The position numbers and the translations under genes were made by a program. A stretch of DNA of 64,000 nt from an uncultured Phycisphaeraceae bacterium (GTDB taxonomy: Bacteria; Planctomycetota; Phycisphaerae; Phycisphaerales; UBA1924): positions 24,175-88,174 of the forward strand of contig CAYQRD010000005.1 in the NCBI GenBank assembly GCA_964419845.1, read 5' to 3'. The notes under the pieces are model-generated. The model saw only the letters and a list, made by a program, of their open reading frames with translations, had not been told where the DNA came from and made no database searches. Each line of letters opens with the position of its first letter. The first letter of the stretch is position 1. Shown one piece after another: positions 34,940 through 45,061 of this stretch.

Positions 34940-37708
34940 ATGATGCTTGATATGAATAAAAGGCTCTCACTTCTCACTCGCCCGCTCCTGTTCGGCTCGC
35001 TTGTGATGCTGAGCACCACCGGCCCCACCGCCAACGCGCAGGTCGCGCAGAACTACCTCCAATGGTTCGAGACCGAGTGGGACGATATCGAGCGGCGCGT
35101 GCCGGACTTCTTCCTCGCGGGATACAACGCCGTGTGGCTGCCGCCGGTTTCGGTCGCGTCCTTCCACAGCCCCGGCTACGACCCGTTTGATCGCTTCGAT
35201 CTCGGGCAACCACCGCTACTCACCTTCTCCTCCTCTCGTGCACGCACGACCTATGGCACCGAGGCGACATTCAAGGCGATGGTCGATGAGCTTCATCGGG
35301 CCAATGGTGAGGTCTACATCGACGCGATCTTCAACCACAACGGCGGCCGCACCCAATCCGACGCGTTCCTGGCACAGGGCGGCTACCCGGGGTTCTGGAT
35401 CCCACGCGAGAATCCGCCGCGTGACAAGCAACCCACCGACGACTGGGGCGATTTTCACAACGGTGTCGCCTCCGGTTACCTGCAATCAGAGAACCCGGGC
35501 GGCCCACGCTATGACCTGCACAACGGCGATCTTGTGGCCCTCGTCGACATCGCCCAGGAGAGCAACAACAGCTATATCCGCCAGCCCGTCGAGGAAGGCA
35601 ACCCGCTGAACATCCCAGCGGGCACCATCTGCAATCAGCCCAGCGCTGACAACGCTCGCTTTTACCCCGACCAGATCCTCTCGCCAACGATCGTGAACAA
35701 CCCGGGCACCGCTCGCAATCCCGGCGCGACCAGCTTCACGCGCTACCCCTACAACATCAACAACCCGCTCGCGGGCGATGCGGTCGCGGATAACGCCACC
35801 GGCATGCTGATGCGCTGGGCGCAATGGATGGTCGAGGTGCAGGGCGTCGACGGCTTCCGGCTCGATGCACACAAGCACATCCCTTCCTGGTTCTGGGATG
35901 GGTTCTTCGACAGCGCCGTGCACAAGACCCGCGTCTCACCCGCAACGGGGAACAAGATCACCCCGTTCAGCTTCGGCGAGAATGTCACCGGCAACTTCGA
36001 CATGCTCAGCAACTACATCCGCAAGGATTCGTTCGCCAACCGCGACGCGCTCGACCTGCAGGGCGCCGCGCGCCTGCGCGACCTGCTCAACGCCGGCGGA
36101 TTCGGATCGTGGGCAAACATCAACTCCAGCGCCGACTCTGGGCACCTTGACTTTGCCGACGATGGCATCATCAACGGCTCCATGGGCGTCAACCATGTCT
36201 TCTCGCATGACAACGGCACCGCGGGCAACGGCTCCTCGAACCCCCCGCTGCCCACCGCACGACAGCAGGGCTACCAGATGATGGCGTACACGCTGATGCG
36301 TCCCGGCCGCTCAATCGTCTATCACAACGGCCGCCAGATCCCACGCAACGGCGGCTTCTACCCGCGTGAGGGCACACCCGGCGCACTGGGCTGGGACCCG
36401 GCGACCCAGACACTCGACGACACCATCACCACCCTGATGCAGCTGCGAAATCAGGTCGCCTACGGGCAGTACTTCCAGCTCAACGGCAACATCAGCGATG
36501 TGCTCGTCTTCGAGCGGGCGTTCAATAACCAGGCGAACTGTCTTGTCGCCGTGAACGACCGTTTCGATTCGGGGGCTCTGAGTGTCACGGTCAATACATC
36601 CTACCCGCAGGGCACACGCCTGCATGAGATGACCGGGAACGCCGCTGATCCGATCATCGATCCCAGCAACTCGATCCCCGAGACCATCGTGGTTGGTCCC
36701 GGCGGGTCGGTCACCCTCACGGTCCCCAACAACAAAGCCGGGAACAACGAGCACGGCAAGGGCTATGTCATCTACGCTGAGGCGCTGCCCGATGCGACCG
36801 TGACCTTCATCGGTGCCGACGGCACCATCCTCCCCGACCCGGCGAGCTTCCCCGACTTCCTCCAGCGACTGAGCGAAGCAACCGTGATCAGCGATGACTC
36901 CTTCGAGATCCGGCTCCAGACCGCCGCGGGCGACCCGCTCGATCCCAACACGGACGACAACGCGCTCTTCGCGTTCGATCAGCGGAATCAGGATTACAAC
37001 GGGAATGGCTCAACCGACATCCCCACCACTTCCTCGGTCATCGGCGGCTACGAGGAGTTCACCACCCTCAACGCCCCGCTCTTCGGCTCGCCAAACTCAT
37101 TCGGTCTCTATCGCCAGACCATCGACGCGACACAGATGAGCGAGGGGTTCCACTACCTCAGCGTGATCGCGTTCCGGCACAGACCATCGGGGACCACACC
37201 GATCTTCCGCGAAGTGCGCAAGGTGATCTACATCGATCGTGAGCCACCAGCAATCGAGTTTGAGCAGGCCGGGCTTGTCACCGACGACAACCGACCCGAG
37301 TTTGTGGTCAACGCGCTCGATCGGACGACCCGCGCCGTCTACATGTTCCTCAACCTCGAGCCGGGCGACGACCCGCTGACCATGCTCAACGCAACAACAC
37401 AGGTCAACCCGTTCGATCGGTATACCTATAAGCGCAACTTCGACAGCGCGCTGCAGCCGGGTGTAAATACGGTCACCATCGTGGCCGTCGAGGACTCGGG
37501 CAACACAAACATTGTCACAGAGACCGTCACGCTTGGCACCTGCCCCGCAGATTTCACGGGTGACGGCCTGCTGAACTTCTTCGATGTCAGCGCGTTCCTG
37601 GGCCTGTTCTCAGCCCAGGACACCGCGGCAGACCTCAACAATGACGGGCAGTACAACTTCTTCGATGTCAGCGCATTCCTCAGCGCGTTCAGCGCCGGAT
37701 GCCCCTGA
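34940..37708 (+). CDS. Secreted GH13 alpha-amylase with C-terminal extension domains and a GC-ending dockerin-like module
   Basis: GH13 regions IDAIFNHNG, GVDGFRLDAHKHIP, FGENV and HVFSHDNG. Signal peptide ...TGPTANAQ. The last 55 aa are CPADFTGDGLLNFFDVSAFLGLFSAQDTAADLNNDGQYNFFDVSAFLSAFSAGCP. Confidence 0.92.
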   Translation: MMLDMNKRLSLLTRPLLFGSLVMLSTTGPTANAQVAQNYLQWFETEWDDIERRVPDFFLAGYNAVWLPPVSVASFHSPGYDPFDRFDLGQPPLLTFSSSRARTTYGTEATFKAMVDELHRANGEVYIDAIFNHNGGRTQSDAFLAQGGYPGFWIPRENPPRDKQPTDDWGDFHNGVASGYLQSENPGGPRYDLHNGDLVALVDIAQESNNSYIRQPVEEGNPLNIPAGTICNQPSADNARFYPDQILSPTIVNNPGTARNPGATSFTRYPYNINNPLAGDAVADNATGMLMRWAQWMVEVQGVDGFRLDAHKHIPSWFWDGFFDSAVHKTRVSPATGNKITPFSFGENVTGNFDMLSNYIRKDSFANRDALDLQGAARLRDLLNAGGFGSWANINSSADSGHLDFADDGIINGSMGVNHVFSHDNGTAGNGSSNPPLPTARQQGYQMMAYTLMRPGRSIVYHNGRQIPRNGGFYPREGTPGALGWDPATQTLDDTITTLMQLRNQVAYGQYFQLNGNISDVLVFERAFNNQANCLVAVNDRFDSGALSVTVNTSYPQGTRLHEMTGNAADPIIDPSNSIPETIVVGPGGSVTLTVPNNKAGNNEHGKGYVIYAEALPDATVTFIGADGTILPDPASFPDFLQRLSEATVISDDSFEIRLQTAAGDPLDPNTDDNALFAFDQRNQDYNGNGSTDIPTTSSVIGGYEEFTTLNAPLFGSPNSFGLYRQTIDATQMSEGFHYLSVIAFRHRPSGTTPIFREVRKVIYIDREPPAIEFEQAGLVTDDNRPEFVVNALDRTTRAVYMFLNLEPGDDPLTMLNATTQVNPFDRYTYKRNFDSALQPGVNTVTIVAVEDSGNTNIVTETVTLGTCPADFTGDGLLNFFDVSAFLGLFSAQDTAADLNNDGQYNFFDVSAFLSAFSAGCP

Positions 37709-37729
37709 TCCCAGACCATGACCGACATG

Positions 37730-37759
37730 AAAACACCCCGCGTTCAGCGGGGTGTTTTT
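37730..37759. terminator. Bidirectional rho-independent terminator between convergent genes
   Basis: AAAACACCCCGC (37730-37741), loop GTTCA, GCGGGGTGTTTT (37747-37758). T-runs are present on both strands. Confidence 0.8.
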
Positions 37760-37784
37760 CACATACTCTCATGTGCATCAACAT

Positions 37785-38402
37785 TTAATAGACGCCCTCT
37801 TCGCCACCGGTGATCTGCTCGGGTTTGGTCTTGATCAACCCGAACCAGATCAGGTAAAGCAGCGGAACGCCGAAACCCAGCACGAGGAGCAGCGCGAGCC
37901 CCACCATCTGACTCGCGCCCGCGGCGGGGTTCTGTGATGGGTCCATACCCTTGGCGATGTCGTTGTTGGGGAACTCTTTCGCCCACTCGAGATTCTGAGC
38001 GAGCTTGGTCTGCTGATTCATGTAGGACCACACCACGATCGGTACGGAAACGAGACCGTAGGCGAGGTGCATTTTCCGTGTCACAGGACGGTATGACACA
38101 CACGCGATGCCCGCGAAGAGCAGAAGCAAGGCAAGGCCGAACCCGATCGCACCGATCGCGTAGTCAGACACTGTCGGGACCATGCCGTAGGGCACCGGTT
38201 CACCGTTCTGAAGTGCGCCGCTGATGAACTTGGAAGACAACGGCAGCACAATCAGCCCGAAGCCGCCACAGACCAATCCAAGCGACCCCCAGATGATACT
38301 GATGATCCCGATGACCTTGGGCCATCTGGGTCGCTGCTGAATTTCTACTGTTTCCCACTGCTCAACGACCGTGGTTTCCTGATCGAACTCATGCTCACTC
38401 AT
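37785..38402 (-). CDS. Hypothetical integral membrane protein (about 4 TM)
   Basis: 205 aa with an acidic N-terminus followed by hydrophobic segments IGIISIIWGSLGLVCGGFGLIVL, AIGAIGFGLALLLLFAGIACV, LAYGLVSVPIVVW and MVGLALLLVLGFGVPLLYLIWFGL. No family recognised. Confidence 0.6.
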   Translation of the reverse strand: MSEHEFDQETTVVEQWETVEIQQRPRWPKVIGIISIIWGSLGLVCGGFGLIVLPLSSKFISGALQNGEPVPYGMVPTVSDYAIGAIGFGLALLLLFAGIACVSYRPVTRKMHLAYGLVSVPIVVWSYMNQQTKLAQNLEWAKEFPNNDIAKGMDPSQNPAAGASQMVGLALLLVLGFGVPLLYLIWFGLIKTKPEQITGGEEGVY

Positions 38403-38447
38403 TGTGACCCCCTATCTGTGTGTGTATTGGGAGTATACCGGAATCGA

Positions 38448-39497
38448 TTACACTCGCTGCAGGAAGCGGATGTCGTTCTCGAAGAGCATCCGGATATCGG
38501 GGATCCCGTACTTGCCCATTGCGATGCGCTCGATCCCGAACCCGAACGCGAACCCGGTGTATTCCTCGGGGTTGATACCGCAGGCCCGCAGCACATTGGG
38601 ATCGACCATGCCGCACCCGCCGAGCTCGATCCAGCTCGGGTCGGTGCCGGGCTTGAGGGCGATCATCATGTCGAACTCGGCGCTGGGCTCGGTGAAGGGG
38701 AAGAAGCTCGGGCGAAGCCGGACATCCGCGTCCTCGCCGAAGTAGGCGCGCGCGAACTGGAGCAGCGTGCTCATCAGATCGCTCATCGAGACATGCTTGT
38801 CGATGTAGAGCCCCTCGATCTGGTGGAACATGAACGAGTGCGTCGCATCCACCGTGTCGGGCCGGTACACCCGCCCGGGCGAAACAATCTTGATCGGTGG
38901 GCCCCACCCCTTGGCGACAGCATCCTCCATGGTTCGAATCTGCACGGTTGATGTCTGACTCCGCAGCATCCGCGGCGTATCCACCTCGTTGGGATTGTCC
39001 ACATAGAAGTTATCGATGGGATCCCGAGCCGGGTGGGCGTCGGGGATGTTGAGCTTGACGAAGTTGTGCTCGTCATCCTCAAGCTCAGGCCCCTGCGCAA
39101 CCTCAAAGCCCAGTCTGGCGAAGATCTCAACGAGCTCGGCACGAACACGCGTAACGATGTGTTCCTTACCAAGGCTGTGCGTATCGATCACGCCCGGCTC
39201 AGTGAGGTCGAGCATCGGACCAGAGGATTTGGCACCTCCGCCTCCGCCGCTGCCCATCGCGGCCTGCTTGTTCTCGAACCCGCTCTCGAGTGCCGTCTTG
39301 ACCTCGTTGAGGCGTTTGCCGACCGCCGCCTTCTGATCCCCTGGCACATCCTTCATCATCGGCATGACCGATCGGATCTTGCCCTTGGTGCCGATGAACT
39401 CGATGCGCCACGCTTCGAGCGAGGATTCATCGTTCACTTGCTCAAGCGCGCCAAGCGCTGCGGTCTCGATGTCGTTGAGTGCTTCCAGCATCGTCAT
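38448..39497 (-). CDS. pheS: Phenylalanine--tRNA ligase alpha subunit
   Basis: Class II motifs: HPARDPIDNFY, RSQTSTVQIR, GRVYRPD, FHQIEGL, and GFAFGFGIERIAMGKYGIPDIRMLFENDIRFL. The start was set to ATG 39497 because the ORF-track start at 39545 would run into the rplQ terminator. Confidence 0.93.
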   Translation of the reverse strand: MTMLEALNDIETAALGALEQVNDESSLEAWRIEFIGTKGKIRSVMPMMKDVPGDQKAAVGKRLNEVKTALESGFENKQAAMGSGGGGGAKSSGPMLDLTEPGVIDTHSLGKEHIVTRVRAELVEIFARLGFEVAQGPELEDDEHNFVKLNIPDAHPARDPIDNFYVDNPNEVDTPRMLRSQTSTVQIRTMEDAVAKGWGPPIKIVSPGRVYRPDTVDATHSFMFHQIEGLYIDKHVSMSDLMSTLLQFARAYFGEDADVRLRPSFFPFTEPSAEFDMMIALKPGTDPSWIELGGCGMVDPNVLRACGINPEEYTGFAFGFGIERIAMGKYGIPDIRMLFENDIRFLQRV

Positions 39498-39542
39498 GAT
39501 CGATCGTAGTCCATGTGGGGGGCGGGTGTTCTCCGTCCGAAT

Positions 39543-39573
39543 CAAGAAAAACCCCGCTCAGTACTGAGCGGGG
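39543..39573 (-). terminator. Rho-independent terminator after rplQ
   Basis: CCCCGCTCA / TGAGCGGGG 9-bp stem with loop GTAC (39552-39573). On the minus strand it is followed by TTTTTCTT. Confidence 0.8.
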
Positions 39574-39602
39574 CGTGTGAGAATCTGATCAACCGGGCGG
39601 AC

Positions 39603-40289
39603 TTACTCGTCGCCCTTGGTTTCTTCGCCGGCGTCAGCCGCGGGAGCTTCCTCGGCAGCGGCTGCGGGTGCCTCGGCCTTGGCGGTCTCCTTGCGGAGCT
39701 TGGCTGCGAACGCGGTTCGCTTGTCCGCCTGTCGACGGCGACCGGATGGGTGCCCGCCGATCTCGGGGCCTTCTTCGTTGCCGACGAACTGGATCACGCA
39801 CAGCTCAGCCGCGTCACCCAGGCGATGACGCCCGAGCTTGACGATGCGGGTGTAGCCGCCTGCACGGTCCTCAAAGCGCGGTCCGACATTCTCGAAGATG
39901 TGTCGAACCAGTTTGGGTGCCTTGCGGAGCTCACCGTAACGGTTGCGCTCGATCTGATCGGTATCGGGGATATCGAAGAACCCCTCAACGAACTCACGCT
40001 GCTCCTCAACGGATTCACGCTGCTCGTCTGTCGCGTTCTTCGCGATGTACGACCATGCGAACGCGTTACGGTCACGCCCGAGCATCGAGATCACCTGACG
40101 GCGGGCGTGCATGTCGCCACGCTTAGCCTTGGTCACGATCTTCTCCACGAACGGCTGCAGGGCCTTGGCCTTGGGCACGGTCGTGGTAATCTGGCCATGC
40201 TCGAAGAGACTGGCCGCCATGTTGCGGAGCATCGCCTGACGATGTGCCGCGGTTCTTCCCAACTTAAAGCCGGCTTTACGATGACGCAT
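39603..40289 (-). CDS. rplQ: 50S ribosomal protein L17, with an internal insertion and an Ala/Glu/Lys-rich C-terminal tail
   Basis: MRHRKAGFKLGRTAAHRQAMLRNMAASL and GPRFEDRAGGYTRIVKLG are L17 hallmarks. It follows rpoA. 228 aa versus about 120-130 typical. Confidence 0.95.
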   Translation of the reverse strand: MRHRKAGFKLGRTAAHRQAMLRNMAASLFEHGQITTTVPKAKALQPFVEKIVTKAKRGDMHARRQVISMLGRDRNAFAWSYIAKNATDEQRESVEEQREFVEGFFDIPDTDQIERNRYGELRKAPKLVRHIFENVGPRFEDRAGGYTRIVKLGRHRLGDAAELCVIQFVGNEEGPEIGGHPSGRRRQADKRTAFAAKLRKETAKAEAPAAAAEEAPAADAGEETKGDE

Positions 40290-40364
40290 GGCTTTATCCC
40301 TTCGCTAGCGAACGCGATCACCGCGTCCGTATCCATTCGGGCAGTGCGTGCCCGTCGCATTGCT

Positions 40365-41372
40365 TCAGTTTACGCCCGCGGCGTTGTAGCCTTCGGGCAG
40401 TTCCATTCCAAGATCGAGTTCGATGTCGAGCAGCTTCCGCTTCACTTCACGCAGCGAGGTGCGGCCGAACGAGCGGAGCTTGAGCAACTCCTGCTCGGTC
40501 TTGGTGACCAGCTGGGCGACCGTGTCGATACGGGCCGATTCGAGACAGTTGCTTGCACGCACCGAGAGATCGAGCTGCTCGATGGGCATGTTGAGCTTGC
40601 GGATGAGTTCCTCGTCCACGCCCGCTGCAGCGGCCGCGTTCTCCGACACCCGCTCTTCGCCGATGTCGAAGTACTGGATGAACGGGTTGAGGTGCTTGCG
40701 CATGATCTTGGCACCCTCGACCATGGCCATCTCGGGGCTGGTCGTACCGTCGGTCCAGATCTCGATCGTGAGCTTGTCGTAGTTGGTCTTCATCCCCACG
40801 CGGGTGTCTTCAACCGAGTAACGAACACGCTGCACGGGCGAGTAGATCGCGTCGACGGGGATGATCCCGATCTCCTGATCCTCGTTGCGTCCGTACTGCT
40901 CGGAGGCGGGGACATAGCCGCGGCCCTTGCCGACATGGATTTCCATCTCGAAGGGGATCTCCTCGGTCAGCGTCGCGATGACGAGGTCCTTGTTGACGAT
41001 GGTGACATTGGTGTCGGCCTCGATGAGGTCGGCGGTCACTTCGCCCGGGCCCTGGGCCGCGAGCTTCATCACGCGGGGCTCGTCGCCCTCGAGCTTGACG
41101 ATGAGGTTCTTGATGTTCAGGACGATGTCGGTGGTGTCTTCCAGCACGCCGGGCATGCTGGTGAACTCGTGCTCGACACCCTTGATCTTGATCGCGGTGA
41201 CCGATGCGCCCTCGAGCGACGAGAGCAGGATGCGACGGAGCGAGTTGCCCACGGTCGTGCCCATGCCGCGCTCAAACGGCTCCACGGTAAAACGTCCGAA
41301 AGTATCTTCGGTGAACTTGGGGTCGGCGACGACCTTGGACGGCAGTTCTAATCCACGCCAGCGTACACGCAT
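40365..41372 (-). CDS. rpoA: DNA-directed RNA polymerase subunit alpha
   Basis: MRVRWRGLELPSKV..., TVEPFERGMGTTVGNSLRRILLSSLEG, and the alpha-CTD IEQLDLSVRASNCLESARIDTVAQLV. The start was set to ATG 41372 (GAGGAG upstream). The ORF-track start at 41501 is an upstream extension. Confidence 0.95.
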   Translation of the reverse strand: MRVRWRGLELPSKVVADPKFTEDTFGRFTVEPFERGMGTTVGNSLRRILLSSLEGASVTAIKIKGVEHEFTSMPGVLEDTTDIVLNIKNLIVKLEGDEPRVMKLAAQGPGEVTADLIEADTNVTIVNKDLVIATLTEEIPFEMEIHVGKGRGYVPASEQYGRNEDQEIGIIPVDAIYSPVQRVRYSVEDTRVGMKTNYDKLTIEIWTDGTTSPEMAMVEGAKIMRKHLNPFIQYFDIGEERVSENAAAAAGVDEELIRKLNMPIEQLDLSVRASNCLESARIDTVAQLVTKTEQELLKLRSFGRTSLREVKRKLLDIELDLGMELPEGYNAAGVN

Positions 41373-41535
41373 GTCGGTGATCTCCTCAGCAAGTGGTGGC
41401 TCCCGCGGGAACCGTTGCATCGCCCAGCCTGGCTCACAGGTGCGCCGCCCTTGCTGGAGACGGCACCCTTTCTTCCCATGCGGGGCACGAAAAACACCCA
41501 TCCGTCGCTAGACGAGTGGGTGTGAATGATTCATC

Positions 41536-41913
41536 TCAAACGCGACGCTTCTTGGGCGGGCGGCAGCCGTTGTGCGGGACCGGGGTGTGGTCCTCGATGG
41601 CTGTCACGCGGAGTCCAGTCGAGGCGAGCCCCGAAACGGCGTTCTCACGCCCGGCACCTGCGCCGGTGATCTTAACTTCAATCTCGTTCATCCCCATCTT
41701 GCGGACCTTCTGGCCGCACTGCTCACCGGCACGGGTCGCGGCGAAGGGGGTCGACTTGCGAGCGCCCTTGAAGCCGATGGTGCCGGCCGAGTCCCAGGCG
41801 AGTGTTTCGCCGTTGGTGTCGGTGACGGTGATGATGGTGTTGTTGTGGGTGGCCTTGATGTGCGCCACGCCTCGGACAACGCCCTTGCGGATTTTCTTTG
41901 CTTTCTTCGCCAT
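41536..41913 (-). CDS. rpsK: 30S ribosomal protein S11
   Basis: RGVAHIKATHNNTIITVTDTNGE...GFKGARKSTPFAA; conserved operon position. Confidence 0.97.
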   Translation of the reverse strand: MAKKAKKIRKGVVRGVAHIKATHNNTIITVTDTNGETLAWDSAGTIGFKGARKSTPFAATRAGEQCGQKVRKMGMNEIEVKITGAGAGRENAVSGLASTGLRVTAIEDHTPVPHNGCRPPKKRRV

Positions 41914-42033
41914 TGAGTCTCGCTCCTGACGGCTCCACTTCCCTCCGCACCGTTTGCGTTGGGCTGGAACCTTGCGATTGATGGTTCGTTGAGATGTCGT
42001 GAATGATCGGGCGAACCCGATCGAACACGGGCC

Positions 42034-42411
42034 TTAGCCCTTGACGCCCTTCTTGCCGGCCACGGTCTTCTTGCGGCCCTTGCGTGTGCGAGCGTTGCAG
42101 CGGGTGCGCTGTCCGCGGGTTGGCAGACCCGCACGGTGGCGGTCGCCGCGGTACGAGCGGATCTCACGCAGACGCTGGATATTCTGCTGGACCTGACGAC
42201 GCAGCGCACCTTCGACGAGGAAGCCGCCGTCGATGATCGTGTTCAGGTGCGAGACATCGGTCTCCGAGAGCTCGTTTGCACGAGTGTCGGGATTGATCTT
42301 CGCTTCCGCAAGGATGTCCGCCGCGTACTTGGGGCCAACCCCATGGATGTACTGCAGGGAGTAGTAGATCTTCTTGCGTTCCGGGATGTCAACACCTGCG
42401 ATACGGGGCAC
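42034..42411 (-). CDS. rpsM: 30S ribosomal protein S13
   Basis: MPRIAGVDIPERKKIYYSLQYIHGVGPKYA...YRGDRHRAGLPTRGQRTR. Confidence 0.97.
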   Translation of the reverse strand: MPRIAGVDIPERKKIYYSLQYIHGVGPKYAADILAEAKINPDTRANELSETDVSHLNTIIDGGFLVEGALRRQVQQNIQRLREIRSYRGDRHRAGLPTRGQRTRCNARTRKGRKKTVAGKKGVKG

Positions 42412-42523
42412 TGCTTGCTCCTGTCACCGGCTCAAGCCGGAAATATGCTGCGCGAACTCGCGCCAATGTATGCTTCATGCGATGCTCTTCGGTTCATCGC
42501 ATTGGTTTGATTCGATCCGGCAA

Positions 42524-42640
42524 TCAGCCCTGGCGCTGCTTGAAACGCGGATTCTTTTTGTTGATGACAAAGACCTTGCCCTTGCGGCGCACGATCTGGC
42601 AGTCCTTGGACCGACGCTTGACACTCGACTGAACTTTCAT
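42524..42640 (-). CDS. rpmJ: 50S ribosomal protein L36
   Basis: Too short for the ORF track. Manual translation: [38 protein letters not shown] (38 aa). Confidence 0.93.
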   Translation of the reverse strand: MKVQSSVKRRSKDCQIVRRKGKVFVINKKNPRFKQRQG

Positions 42641-42847
42641 GACATTCTCCCGCCGCCGAGGCGACACGCTTCAGCCGGGCCAACCCGGCGGTCCTGATCT
42701 GTTCGCACAGCTTCCTTGAAGGAAAGCTGGGCGGAGACTATAGGCCAGCAGCCTTAAAATATCCCGTCAAAATCTGCCCCAATGTCTTCACGGGGCTTAA
42801 ATTTATCCAGCCCGACGCTCGAACAGCTTCCGAACCCTGTGCCGGGC

Positions 42848-44218
<1,371 letters not shown>

Positions 44219-44280
44219 CCTGTCTTGACTCCGGTGTTCATCGCCGATTCGTGGTCGTGCGTCCTGCAGCGGCCGTTGGT

Positions 44281-44353
44281 AACAAGAAAACGCCGCGACC
44301 GATACCTTGCCTGGATCCTAGCTGCCCAGCCTGCAAGCGAACGGTCGCGGCGT
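44281..44353 (-). terminator. Long hairpin with a trailing T-run between rplO and secY (attenuator/terminator-like)
   Basis: 12-bp perfect stem ACGCCGCGACCG (44290-44301) / CGGTCGCGGCGT (44342-44353) enclosing a partly self-complementary 40-nt loop. On the minus strand it is followed by TTTTCTTGTT. Confidence 0.4.
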
Positions 44354-44411
44354 CTTGATTCACAGTTCATTGCATTTCAGACACGATCGGGCGTCTAGAC
44401 CCAAACGCGGC

Positions 44412-45023
44412 TTAGCCCTTCTTGAGCACTTCGCCGCGGGCGAATGCCTCGGCACGCTTGCGGTGCCATTCCTGGTTCTTGAGCTTCTTGGTCAGGTTCT
44501 TGGGGGTGCGATCGTCCGAGTTGCGATCGATGCCGCGGACGCGGTCACGACGCGTACCGGTCTCGGTCACACTGCCGCCCGCGTCGGTGATCAGCGCACG
44601 CGCCGAGTCGGTGACACGGTTGGCCGTCACATTGAGCTTGACACCCAGCTTTTCTGCACCCTCGCCGAGACCACCGAGGATCTTGAGATCCCGCGAGTTG
44701 TCACGGACCAGACCGGCCTTGACGAGCGACTCAAGGTTGACATCGCCGCCGTTCTTGAAATCGCTGTGCCCGGCGATTGCGCCGAGGTTGACGATCCAGA
44801 ACTGGGTCTTGAACTTGGTGTTCGTGAAACCGAACTTGGGCATGCGCCGGAAGAATGGCATCTGGCCACCCTCAAACTGGTAGAGCTTTGAGTAGCCCTG
44901 ACGCGAACCGGCACCCTTATGGCCCCGGCCAGCGGTCTTGCCGTTGCCCGAGCCGACGCCTCGTCCGACGCGCTTGCGCTGCTTGTACTTGCCCGCCATC
45001 GCGGTGACTTCATGGATCATCAT
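44412..45023 (-). CDS. rplO: 50S ribosomal protein L15, with a basic C-terminal extension
   Basis: KQRKRVGRGVGSGNGKTAGRGHKGAGSRQG is the L15 signature. 203 aa versus about 145 typical. Confidence 0.95.
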   Translation of the reverse strand: MMIHEVTAMAGKYKQRKRVGRGVGSGNGKTAGRGHKGAGSRQGYSKLYQFEGGQMPFFRRMPKFGFTNTKFKTQFWIVNLGAIAGHSDFKNGGDVNLESLVKAGLVRDNSRDLKILGGLGEGAEKLGVKLNVTANRVTDSARALITDAGGSVTETGTRRDRVRGIDRNSDDRTPKNLTKKLKNQEWHRKRAEAFARGEVLKKG

Positions 45024-45061
45024 GGCCGGTTACTCCGGTGAAAGTGTGCTTGTGTAAATGC

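Noticed and set aside
39513-41351. 612-aa plus-strand ORF
   Set aside because: It lies antisense to rplQ and rpoA. Its translation is low-complexity (G/L/V/R/D-rich), and the opposite strand encodes unmistakable conserved proteins. This is a typical high-GC shadow ORF.
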